A stretch of DNA of 58,831 bases, filler included, from Sphacelaria rigidula (lineage: Eukaryota), in assembly GCA_964200075.2 (NCBI GenBank). It is 4 parts of 4 records of this genome, joined end to end, with 100 filler letters (N's around TTAATTAATTAA, not from the genome) between each part and the next. Parts side by side here need not be neighbours in the genome. Positions count along the whole stretch, not along the records: positions 1 to 14,636 come from CAXNAA020002132.1; positions 14,737 to 29,372 come from CAXNAA020002133.1; 2 more parts are not named here. One strand, 5' to 3'. The translations under genes were made by a program, and so were the position numbers. The notes beneath the pieces are model-generated. The model was not told the DNA's origin. It saw nothing but the letters and a program-made list of their open reading frames with translations, and ran no database searches. Shown one piece after another: positions 11,301 through 21,030 of this stretch. Positions within the stretch are counted from its first letter, which is position 1. Every line of letters begins with the position of its first letter.

Positions 11301-13580
11301 CCAGGAGGGGAAGGGGCGGAAAGGGTGCTGTAGGCAACGTGTGTGTTGGCATAATAAAAATTGGCGTCAATGTGAGCAAAACGCACTCTGGGCAAACAAA
11401 GAGCACTCGGCACTGTCGGCTCTTTCACAGATCCCGATATCGGTGTTGAGTCTAAAATAAAGTCATCAACCATTTTCTACGGCACATGCGACACCTTCAT
11501 CACAAAGTACAGCACCTGCCATCACGGACTATTTCGACCAGCGTCGCTTTGCTATTACAATTTCTCGCAGTGCCTTCCGACGTGTCTACACTAGCTTCCG
11601 AATTCGAAGCTCCACAAGCATCGCGACATCAATCGAAACACGTGGCAGGAGTTTGACTGTTGCTTACAACCGCGAAACGTGCTCGAAACAAAACTCGCCT
11701 CACTATTTATTATAATACGTCAATTGCTATTCTGCACACCCTAATTTGTGCATGCTGCGGTGAACCAAGTACCGTTACGTCACACAGCCTGTCTCGAGCC
11801 CAACACTCTCATTCCTGGCATCAGCGCGCACGTGCTCCTACACTAAACCAGATTTCTAAACTAAACATCATCGCGGGGTTTATTAACAAGGAACATCGAC
11901 CAGTACGGCACCCAGCGTCTTCCAACAACGTGAAGGACAAGGTACGATCACGTAGAGCCGTGCACAGAGCATCCGGATGACAAGAAAAAGAAAACAAAAA
12001 GTAGCACCAGACAGGTGCTCCCGCTAGCTCGACAAGGCGACTGTGGACGGCCAGGCTACAGCTACACCCCGTCAACATATGGAGCTTCTGGGCATGTGAA
12101 ATAACATGTACAGCGACTGAACCACGACGCCACGATTTGTTCACGGCGAACCCTGGGCTATGGACGAGTCCAATCGAAACCTCCAACGCCTCAGAGTTTC
12201 AACACGTGTCTCGACTCCGCTCACTCCCAACGTGCTGGGACGTCATTCCCCAAAAGGGTCTATTTCAGTCCTTTGTCTGCTGCCATCGTAGCACATCGCT
12301 ATGATCTTACCAGAAGCTCAAGAAGATTCGTCCGGACGGCCAGGCTAGGTCTGTTAGTGTTGAGAACGTTGTTAACCCTCTGGCACAGACCTCCCAAAGC
12401 CACCACCAGAACAGAAGACACGTCCGTGGCCAGAGAAACCAACGTCTTCGAGGCCGCTTGTCGCACTGACTCCACCTGCTCTCGAAAACAACAGGCACAA
12501 GCATATTTCAGGTGACGGATGGGGTATGGCAAGGGAAGAACGACATACAAGAGCACAAGCAGTGTCCACCCCCTCAACACGAGACACATAGGCAGTCAAA
12601 CCAATCGACGTCCTTAGCGCCGCCTGCCGCACCAACTATACTGTTTGAAGGTAAAGGTGGCGACAATCGGGAGCATTGTAGGTTCCGTGAAAAATTATAC
12701 CATGCCGATTTTCACGTCACTGCATAATGATGACACGACGCACCGAAGTTTTTCATGAGGGTTGTTTACGTCAGATCGATGGCGTGACAACGTCAGCGTC
12801 CCAAAATACCCGTTGACAGACGGTGGAAATTAACTCGTACCCAAGACATAGCATGGTACTCGGCCCATGAACTCATGTCGCAATGAAGACACTCATGTCT
12901 TCGCGAACATCTCTACGTTCGATCTTGTGTCCGTTTTCTTGGATGTAGCGAAGTCTTTGGTGGGAGAGAAACATTCGACGTAGGTTGGCTAAGAATGTAC
13001 GCCATAGCGGGGTACGACTGGTGGATACTTCAGACACGAAGCTGGATAAACAGCCCTCTTTCAAGGCCCCAGATGTGAGGGATGGACCATGAAAAAACGA
13101 TAATCGGAGAGTATATCAACGTCGACGACTGATCCATCAATTGTCCAAGAGAGATAGAGAACTAGAGCATCATGTCATTTTCCAAACATGACACTTTTCG
13201 CGTGTGTCATGAGCTTTTTAATTGATAATCCAACACTCCGCCGTCTTCCTCCAATGCGCCATGTCTTTGTTTGACATATTCCACGAGCTAAAATCTTGAG
13301 CCGTGGTCACGCTGAGGAATGCTGCGAAAATAGATGGGCAGGTCATGACACACCCTCTTGTCATAATCCATGCTTGCTCACCTCCGGGCTAGCGATGACG
13401 GTGGTGACGTTGGGCATCGCCGCCAGATTGATGGACGGGTCCGGAGCCTCGAGCAAGGTGAAAAGCTTATCGAACATGATCTGCAGCATGCTAGACTCGT
13501 GGGCGAACAGCCTCCGACAAGACTCCAACTGCTCGAATCGAACGGAAGAGTTTTCACGGTGTCGGCTCGCGTCAGAGGTT
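2218..13580 (-). CDS. XPO5: Exportin-5/HASTY-like karyopherin, internal part (9 exons: 13580-13382, 12475-12311, 10833-10711, 9698-9420, 8923-8856, 7806-7671, 6043-5910, 3764-3638, 2319-2218); 5' and 3' exons not located
   Basis: All exons are flanked by AG and GT (one GC donor), and splice phases chain into a 1333-nt stop-free frame. The peptide follows recalled exportin-5 motifs in order: MFDKLFTLL; VRQAASKTLVSL; LLELLVVVSN; NP..TAWAQALPNIINLIRCVHLLWTP; CYNLLGLA; ENRHL...FLEKYVVFCPPCLLDSHVRPVM...PRLSAAW. These compare with human XPO5 VFSKLF / VRRHACSSIIK / LMEALVLISN / NLLALIRTHNTLYAP / CFHILGKA / VKPLVLFCPPEHY...RLSQKW, recalled from memory. Confidence 0.88.
2650..2860 (-). repeat. Dispersed repeat with telomere-like (CCCTAA-type) motifs, copy 1
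   Basis: The reverse complement aaccctaatcctaaccgcaacccaaggcatgccgagaaccctcg...gcgttggcagacctcaaaacggcgccga...aaaacgcgttctgcgcacgcg...tcggtgtttacact matches 57377-57610. Confidence 0.8.
3050..3520. repeat. Cluster of the shared terminal motif (GAAAGGGATGCGTGGTCAATGGTCAAACGACTAAGGCAAGCAACAAATGAGTACGCCCC): two tandem minus copies (81-bp period, 3050-3185) and plus copies (3402-3520)
   Basis: Direct sequence similarity with 40-100, 43288-43342 and with variants at 5201-5252 and 36544-36594. Confidence 0.85.
3638..3764 (-). CDS. XPO5: XPO5-like exon (HLPGLCVRFLEKYVVFCPPCLLDSHVRPVMAAFTKTLMPRLS)
   Basis: Long pyrimidine tract + cag, AGC|gtgagt donor, 127 nt, phase 2->0. Confidence 0.9.
4764..5030. 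mobile_element. MITE-like element with ~95-bp imperfect TIRs (AGGCCCATTCG...CGAATGGGCCT)
   Basis: Arms are complementary throughout (ctaaattttggtat/ataccaaaatttag; caatcaata/tattgattg; tatgcatggac/gtccatgcata). No clear TSD. Confidence 0.8.
5201..5495. mobile_element. ~295-bp non-autonomous element with degenerate terminal inverted repeats (TG...CA); partial second copy at ~13690-13810
   Basis: tgatgctacaatagagggg versus the reverse complement of cccctatcgtagtagca. The internal ggacggagcacgc...tttcgccggaccaggctcgca.tcaatca...gcgc.gtgatg.gtggggcg is repeated at 13705-13790. Confidence 0.65.
5910..6043 (-). CDS. XPO5: XPO5-like exon (LRTVCYNLLGLACRQGVLY...GLEYVENR), ending at a GC donor
   Basis: cag acceptor; donor AG|gcatgt; 134 nt, phase 0->2. 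Confidence 0.82.
6890..7180. mobile_element. Palindromic MITE-like family, copy 1 (others at 55560-55748 and 58631-58770)
   Basis: Central hairpin tgtactgcgtaaagtata...tgcgactattgt / acaatagttgcagca...tatactttacgccgtaca; shares caccctggaca...aatagac...gtactgc.taaagtat.ggcct..tgcgactattg with the 55.6-kb copy. Confidence 0.8.
7671..7806 (-). CDS. XPO5: XPO5-like exon (ATLAMIPSQE...VAQWCRMLHD)
   Basis: cag acceptor, GAT|gtaagt donor, 136 nt, phase 2->0. Confidence 0.85.
8856..8923 (-). CDS. XPO5: XPO5-like exon (IRCVHLLWTPPTRQQLLSHPVAR)
   Basis: cag acceptor, AG|gtgagt donor, 68 nt; phase 0->2 exactly bridges its neighbours. Confidence 0.88.
9420..9698 (-). CDS. XPO5: XPO5-like exon (TFLSRLGITP...NPIATAWAQALPNIINL)
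   Basis: cag acceptor, CTG|gtgaga donor, 279 nt. Confidence 0.88.
10711..10833 (-). CDS. XPO5: XPO5-like exon (VVVSNSVKDDEQRKIFVLDMLKEPMSVW...SSPE)
   Basis: cag acceptor, GAG|gtgagg donor, 123 nt; absent from the ORF track. Confidence 0.9.
12311..12475 (-). CDS. XPO5: XPO5-like exon (VESVRQAASKTLVSLA...RTNLLELL)
   Basis: cag acceptor, CTG|gtaaga donor, 165 nt, phase 0->0. Confidence 0.9.
13382..13580 (-). CDS. XPO5: XPO5-like exon (xTSDASRH...QIMFDKLFTLLEAPDP...IASPE)
   Basis: cag acceptor, GAG|gtgagc donor, 199 nt, phase 2->0. Confidence 0.85.
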
Positions 13581-14636
13581 CTGCACTATACTGAAGGATA
13601 TGAAGAGTTGGCAACTGTTTCAAAGCAGCGTGGAGAGGAGGCGGCGCGCATGTTCTTCCATGCCGTAGCCATTACACAATTGACTTCGCATTCCTACGAA
13701 CCCAGGACGGAGCACGCCGGATTTTCGCCGGACCAGGCTCGCAATCAATCATCGAGCGCAAAGCGCCGTGATGTGTGGGGCGCATCGCATAAAAGGTGAG
13801 TCGCATCTAGCTAATATTGTTCGGCCCGTAGTGTATTGAACATCTTGCATGAGGATAACAACCTACGATGAGTTGCTTCGTTTTCTGGTATCGGTGATTC
13901 CAGAGAAGCAGTCACATGTCACGCAATGCATCATGGCTCCCACCGTGAAGGGGACGCGCGCGTGGGGGTGGAGGTGGGGGGTAGATAATGCTCTTGATTG
14001 ATCGGTCATGTTGTATAAACTGGTCCGCTGTAAATCTAGCTGCGGTCGCGAGATACTAGATGAAACATGCAGAGTAAACCGCACGATAAAAATAAGTAAA
14101 TAAAATTTTCTGTACGCGTTTGAAAGCCGGGTGTAGCTTGGAATGTTGTACGGTGTACGGTCTAATACCACCCCGGCCAATTTACGAGTCAAACTCGATT
14201 TTCTGCAGCAAGACGAGGGTCTGCCCGCACTGCGACAGAAGTTCCCCATTTTCCGAAATATGTCGACGAGGCGTTGTCAATGACACGACTTTCGACGGCA
14301 AGTATTTTCTTCCGCACTTGACGATATACAAAAGATTAGGGTTCCTACAGTCCCACGTGACACGCTGCACAACGTACGACATGGCTCCCGCCTCCCCGTA
14401 GCTTCCCGTACGACATCCTCATCATTTGAACACCTCGTAGTATGATCATCCCCTTGGCGCGGTTTTGAGCTTCTTTACTTCGCACACCATGGTATATCTC
14501 GACCACCACAACGGCTACCGCAAAAAAACGCGACCGAGCAAAAAAAAAACTGTAATACGGTTGCCTAGGGTACGCAGAGAGGAGGGAGGTCGACAGCGCT
14601 ATTGGCACGCGAGGCAAAACCCTAGAGGGAGAACGG

Positions 14637-14736
14637 NNNNNNNNNNNNNNNNNNNNNNNNNNNNNNNNNNNNNNNNNNNNTTAATTAATTAANNNNNNNN
14701 NNNNNNNNNNNNNNNNNNNNNNNNNNNNNNNNNNNN
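14637..14736. other. Assembly gap: 100-nt N spacer with TTAATTAATTAA linker
   Basis: An identical artificial spacer occurs three times in the window. Confidence 0.98.
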
Positions 14737-17700
14737 TAATGAAGCGCACGATGTATGTGTCGGCCGAAACCAGGTTAGCGGAGTGGGTCTGACCCAACCA
14801 CCAGAGGTTGTCGCTGCCTTTGAACCAAAGGTAGCTGCCTTTGAGCAGAAGTCGCTGGTTCGCGAAGAACTTCGTCTTACAAGTCTTGGTGGGTACAAGT
14901 TCGTAACCATCGGCGACGAAGCGTGGTCCCTGATTACGGTGAAGTTCGCGGGCTGCTGCGCCACGACGCATGTTGCGATATTTCTTGTTGTGAGCCAGAT
15001 GCTGATGTTGGGATTGCGTCCAGTAAAGGAGGATTGCACGGCGGTGCAATTGCAGGTCGATTCGCGTTCCCAAGACGCTCTCCGAAGACCGTGCAAGTGT
15101 GTCTAATACATGACAGCGATTTTGCCACCTCAACCACGGGTTATCTGGTGGCCGGAGATGGAGGACACGGTCAATCGAAGGGGCTGTTCCGTCACGTCGT
15201 CGATTGTAACGTGGTAGGGCAGGAACTTGGGCGAGTAGCTGTTGAGAACATACTGTGTGAGTCCGGCAGGTAGGTACTTGGGCATGCCACTTGTATCATG
15301 CAGGCTCGTGCAGGGTTTGCATCTGTGCACGGAGACGCGGGGCTTGGTGTCTTTGCCCTGGAAGTCGTGAGGCAAGTCGAGATAGAGCAGTTTGTCACCA
15401 ACGGGTTTTTCATCCGGTGATGATGACAATGATCCGACTGTCAGGATCTCGAATGGTCCTGTCCAATTGAGGGACATTTTTGTCTTGAAAATTGTTTCGT
15501 TGGCTGCCTTGCTGGTGCCTTGGCGGATGATCGACAAACTGTTGTAGATGCAAACCCAATCACCAACTTTCTAGTTGAGGCGTTTGTGCATGAGGTTGTA
15601 GAGCAGTGTTAGATCTCTCTAGGCGCGAGGCGTTGATAGCGTGTTGTTCGCGCACGAGGGTAAACGCTTTGCGTTGGCGCGTATGCGCTAGCTCGTGGTA
15701 GGATATCTGATCCTGATCCAATCCTTGGTGGCCGTCGAACGTGTGTCCCCCGAACACGGTGATAGGCAACCGAGGGTAACGTCCAAGATGAAGTTCGTTC
15801 GGAGAAAAGCCTGTGGCGGCGTTAACCGAGTTGTTGGAGGACAACATGTTGTGCGAGCGATGTAGGTCCCAGTCATTTTGGCGGTTATTGACAACCATAA
15901 AGAGCATCTGGGCCATGGTGTGATTAACTCTTTCGGTACCACCGTTACCGTTCGGGTGGTAGACGCTCGCGGCAATTTTGTGGATGCCCAGGAGCTTGTA
16001 AAGCTTATCAGAGACATCTGAGCGAAATTGCTGACCATTTTCTAAAAGGAGTCGCTTCGGGCAACCGTAATGCTTAATGTAATCGTGGACGAATATGTCG
16101 GTCGTTCCGGCGGCAGTGAAATCTGCGGCGGTTACCGCGTACATGGACGCGTGGCGGCTGAAGCGGTCAGTGAAGAGTAAGATGTAGGTGTTGCCGCGAC
16201 CTGTGGTCGGTAGAGGGCCAAAGTAGTCAAAGAACACAAGGTGGTCGGGCTCGTCGGGGAGTCCCATAGAGAGACGGGCCAGCGTACTGTTTGCCGTGAA
16301 TTTTCTCGGGCTTGGCATTTGAAGCATCGCCAAATCCAGAAACGGGTTGAAATTTCCATGCCAACCCACCAGTAGAAGCGTTCCAAGAGCGCGAGAGTGC
16401 GGGTGATGCCAAGGTGGCATGACAAGTCTGTGTGGCAGCCTTTCATGACCCAGGGGCGCAGTATTAATGGCACATATTATATGCGCGTCGGTTCGTCATT
16501 GAGTAGTCGTGCGGTGCGTCCCGTAGTTGAGGCGGCAACTGCGCCCGTCAACGGAGTGGGCCGACGCACGAGTAGTTGCACACCTTCATCCGTAGTACAA
16601 AGGGTACCTTTACGCACGAGCTCGTATACGTCAGAAATAACTGGTGGTGGCAGTGTGCCAACCGGGGCCAAAAGTGTGGATGGAAAAGGAACTGGACAGT
16701 CGACTTGTAAGTACCGGATGGCTGCGCGACATAGCGGTTCTGCGTTTTGTTCGCGAACCCAATCGCGGTGGAAGTAGCTGTCGAGAAACTCGCGTAGTTG
16801 ACCTTCCGCTGGCGAGCCGACCAAACGTGGTGGGGCAGGCGGCGGGGAAATAGGCGACGGGGCGGAAATGCTGACGTCAATATCTGTCCCGGAGGCAGGA
16901 GCTAGGTCGTCAGCACCGTGCTCGGGAGCGGTAAATGTTGGCGGCGCCGTGGTAGGCGGCGGGGCTGTATTAGTGCGCGACGAAAATTGTTCATGGCGCG
17001 TGGTGCACGTTGCAGGAGTTTTCGCGGAGCATAGCATGCTGGTCCATGGAACTTGTGCTGCGTGGCTCGTGGGTTTTTGTAGGTGTTATCGGTGGCGGCG
17101 GGGCAGTCGTTGTGGTGCGGGCGGCAGACCGAGAGCGCTTGTTGTCGGAGATCGGGTGGATGACTGGGGGTGTGTCCGCGAAGAGCTTCGCGCGAGTACC
17201 GAAAGTGCGGAAATCGACAAAATCGGAGGTAGTGGGCTTTAACCCACCCAAGACGGCGTCATATGGCAGAGGGCGAGGTCCTCCCATATGCATACCGGTT
17301 TCCGGGCACTGGGGATCGAGGATGTAAACAGGCGTTGAAAAACGTCTAATCGCGTAAATTCCGGGTTCATCGGGTTCCGTTACACGGCAAGCCGGGCTGG
17401 AATCTACGGCCGTAGGCGGTAGAGGTAGGCGAGAAAGAAGATCAGCGTTCCCGTTGGTTTTGCCTGGACGGTGCTTAATGGTGTACTGGTATGCTGTTAG
17501 AAACTCCAACCATCGTTGTACACGCGGGTTGTGTTCGCCAACCTTGGCGAGTTGTTCGAGTGCTACGTGGTCTGTATAGATCTCAAGGGGCACGTGAAAC
17601 AGATATTGTCGAAGGCGCTCGATGGCCCAAGTGAAAACTTTACCTTCCAGTTCTAGCGAGCTCGAATTAGCCTCGTTGGGCAGGGTAGCCCGGCTGATAT

Positions 17701-19800
17701 GGAGGATGGGTCGGACGGAGCCATCAACCGCAGGTTGATTCAAAACTACTCCAAATCCGTTTGTGCTGGCGTCAGTGTGGAGTTGGAAAAGGCGGGAGCC
17801 ATCTTGTACTGCCTCCCAGTCAGGAAAGCAGAGTACCGGCTTCTCGGTAGGCGTCTTGAGCAACTCGCGGGTAATATTCTCCATTTGGTTGTGAAGGAAA
17901 ACACGGCTCCTTTCTTGAGTAAGTCAGTAAGGGGGCGAATCCGTTTAGATAAATTCGGCAAAAAATTGGGGTGGTAGGATAGCCCGCCCAACAATGAGCG
18001 AAGTTGAGAAATGTTAGTTGACATCGGCACATCAGTCATCGCCTTGACTTTGTTTGTATCCGGATGCAGCCCTGCTGGCGAAATGGAATGCCCCAAGAAA
18101 TCCAAGTCAGTCGCACCAAGGCGAGCTTTAGATGGAGGCAGTTTCAAATCGTGCGTGCGTAGGCGAGAGAGAAATTCTCGTACAGTGCGTAAATGTGCAA
18201 TAGGTGAGGCATCGAAAGCGATAGCGTCATCCACGTGCATGATGATGTGGTCGAGGCCCTCGGTGACGTGTTGCACCTAGCGCTGAAAGCAATCCGGGGC
18301 AGTGGCGGCGCCTTGTGGCATCCGAAGCCACTCACAGAGTCCGGACGAGGCACAAAAAGCCGTCAGTGGGGCTGTGTCAGGGTGTATAGCATTCTGAAAA
18401 TATCCAGAAGCGAGGTCGAAGGTGCTGAATATTTTGCCTTCGCCTAAGGAGTCGAAGACTTCATCAATGCGGGGAAATGGAAGTTTGCCGACTACAGTGA
18501 CGCGGTTCAGCCGTTGGTGATTCACGGTTATGCGTATGTTTCCATCCTTTTGGGGGGCTACCACGAGGGGCGAGGCCCAAGGAGAGGAGGAATGTTGGAG
18601 TAATCCCGCTCCCAAATACGCATTCAAGACGGTGTTAACTTTCTTCGTAAGGGTCGGGTTTGTTCGGTATGGCCGAGAAGAAATCGGCGAGACACCGGGT
18701 TGAAGGGTAACCTTAAAGGGCAGTGTTTTGCAGTGCCCAAGATCCGTCTTGGATCGGGAAAATCGGTCTTGGTACTGTAGCAGGACATTGCTGAGTTCTC
18801 GGGTGACTGCCGGTTCCCAGCCGGGCCCATGAAGGTCAAAATTGATGTCGCGCATGTGTGGCGGTAGTTGGTCCCATATGTGCAAGAAACTATTAATCTG
18901 GTGATAAGCGTTGAAGCACTTCAGCAGGAGGATCGGAATTTGACTGGGCAAGATCCGCGGTGTAGACCTGAGGTGGAGTCGCAGAAGCGAGATCGAAATA
19001 GGGTTCATCGACACAATGGACTGACTCCGCCGGAGATGTGGCGTTTGGCGCGGCAGGCTCTCTTACGCACGTCTCGAGTGGGATGTACATCAGGGGAGCG
19101 GTGGCGATTCCTAAAACATCGCCGGGTTCCAAATTAGCATGACCCGTAAGAGGGAGGAGTTGTTGTCCCGCCGACAAAAAATGTTCTGTGTCGGCTGGTG
19201 CGCCAGTACGGAGTAACATTTCGGCAAGATATTGGCCTGTAAGTGCTGGTATGCCATTTCGGCGAACTGGTGCAACTTCTGAAAGTTGGGGGTCGTCGGA
19301 GAGTGTAGTACCGACGCTACCGTTGTATCGTAGGTGGTAAGCATCTCCGGTTGCTTCAGGATTCTTCTGGTAAGCCAGGGCGCCGTGGAGAGTACCAAAG
19401 GGCTCGAGGTTGAAGTCTCCACGAGGCGTGGAATGTGGCGTTAGTGGTGGAAGCGTGCGGTAGGTGCGTTTATTAAACCGCTTATAGCTATCTCTGCCCA
19501 ATAATATGGCGTGATGCATTGTGCTGTCGGGGACAATGTATGCCCAGACTGCCAGGCTGGCAGATCAAATGGTGTGGTGAAAGAATTGTACACTGAGACG
19601 TACGGATTTATGTGTCGTCAGTGGTGCGGCCGAATCACCGAAATCGCCCCATACTCGAGGTTTGGTGGTGGTTTCGCAAGCTGAAGTAGCAGCGCCAGTC
19701 TGTTTCATGTGTTTCCATGTTGATTCTCGAATAAATTTTTGCGGCTGCCGCTGTCCAACAAGGATACGCATTTCGGAGGCGTGATAGCGTTTGGACCGGA
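14737..19800 (-). pseudogene. pol: Gypsy pol (protease, reverse transcriptase, RNase H, integrase, chromodomain-like C-terminus), disrupted
   Basis: ORF fragments 19565-19816, 18893-19519, 18277-19014, 17746-18276, 16991-17884, 16477-17037, 16132-16473, 15560-16420, 15130-15537 and 14737-15133 concatenate in Gypsy domain order. Confidence 0.95.
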
Positions 19801-21030
19801 GTGGATCGCAACGCAAGTAGTGAAAGTGGCCGGATCTACAGACACTTAACCGCCGACAAGATCCGGACCGTGTTCCGGCAAGGTAAACTGGTCAGCATCA
19901 GCGGAGCTGACAGGAAAAACGCACGGCGGGTGATCCGCCGGTGGGTCAGATGTCTCACCAGAGAAAGGGGTGGACGGTAGTTATTTCCAGGTGTGGCACG
20001 GTCAGAGTCACCATTGGCGGTTTCGTAAATGATCGTCTTCGGTTGGCAGGGATCACCGTCCAAGGGGGATCCAGGATGTGCGGAGCTGGAGTCATCGATT
20101 GAAGAAGTAGTGCCGTCAGAATTATTTGAATTTGTTTCTTCCGGAATACTTGAGAGAGCCGTCGAACTCAAACTCGTCGCCTTTTGGAGAGATTGAGGTC
20201 GAGAATTTCGCTCGAAAGAGGTGTACGTGATGATGCGCGCGCATCCTTGGGGGCATGCTTACAGGGCTTGCTCTTCCGCCGTGACAAAGGTCGGGGAACT
20301 TCCCAAACATTTTGGGATGAAACCACAACTGCGTCCAGTTGCGTGGATATGGGGTCAGCATTGGGGCATGACGGAGCGAAACTTGTGGGCTGCTTTCCGT
20401 AGGCAAGCTTGGCTGTTGGGTCATAGCCGAATATATGTTGGGGCGGCTGTTATTAGAACCGGCCGAAGGTAGGTCCGTGCGTGTTGAAAATCGCGGGGAA
20501 GGAGCTCGATCCAACTGATTGGGAATTACATTATCTGATGTGGTCAAGTTCAAATCAGCGACACTTGGGTCAGCTGAAAAAGGCTCGCTATTACCTGTGC
20601 GTGTGGTCGCTGAGGGAAGTCTTTGCCCTAGGGACTGGCGGTTGGTCTTCCCACACCTCAGACTTATACTCGACACTGAAGGACAAAGTTCAAAGCCGGG
20701 TGTAGGCCTGAGTCGAGGGGTGACACAACTGGTACGCGGTGTGTGGAGGGGTGAAGACGGGGGTCGATATGAACGGCCGTCAGATGCACTCCTGCATGGT
20801 GCCGGGGGAGCCGGGCGAACAATCTTAGTCGCGGGCTCTGCGGGCTGTGTTGGAAATTGTGTGGAGGTTGGAGACGGGGGTCGATTTGAACGGCCGTCAG
20901 TTACGCTCCTGGATAGTGCCGGGGGAGTCGAGTGAGCAATTTTAGACACGGACTCGGCGGGCTATGTTGAGAAAGTCTTCGCTCGTGCTATCGGCGGCGT
21001 GGAAGATCGAAGAACGCCGGCGTCGGCACG

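Noticed and set aside
13296-13799. 167-aa plus-strand ORF and similar antisense ORFs over the Gypsy elements
   Set aside because: Shadow ORFs opposite real exons or TE coding sequence.
14681-14692. TTAATTAATTAA palindrome repeated three times as a biological motif (also within 29373-29472 and 44103-44202)
   Set aside because: It is always centred in exactly 100 nt of N padding, so it is a scaffolding linker with stops in all frames.
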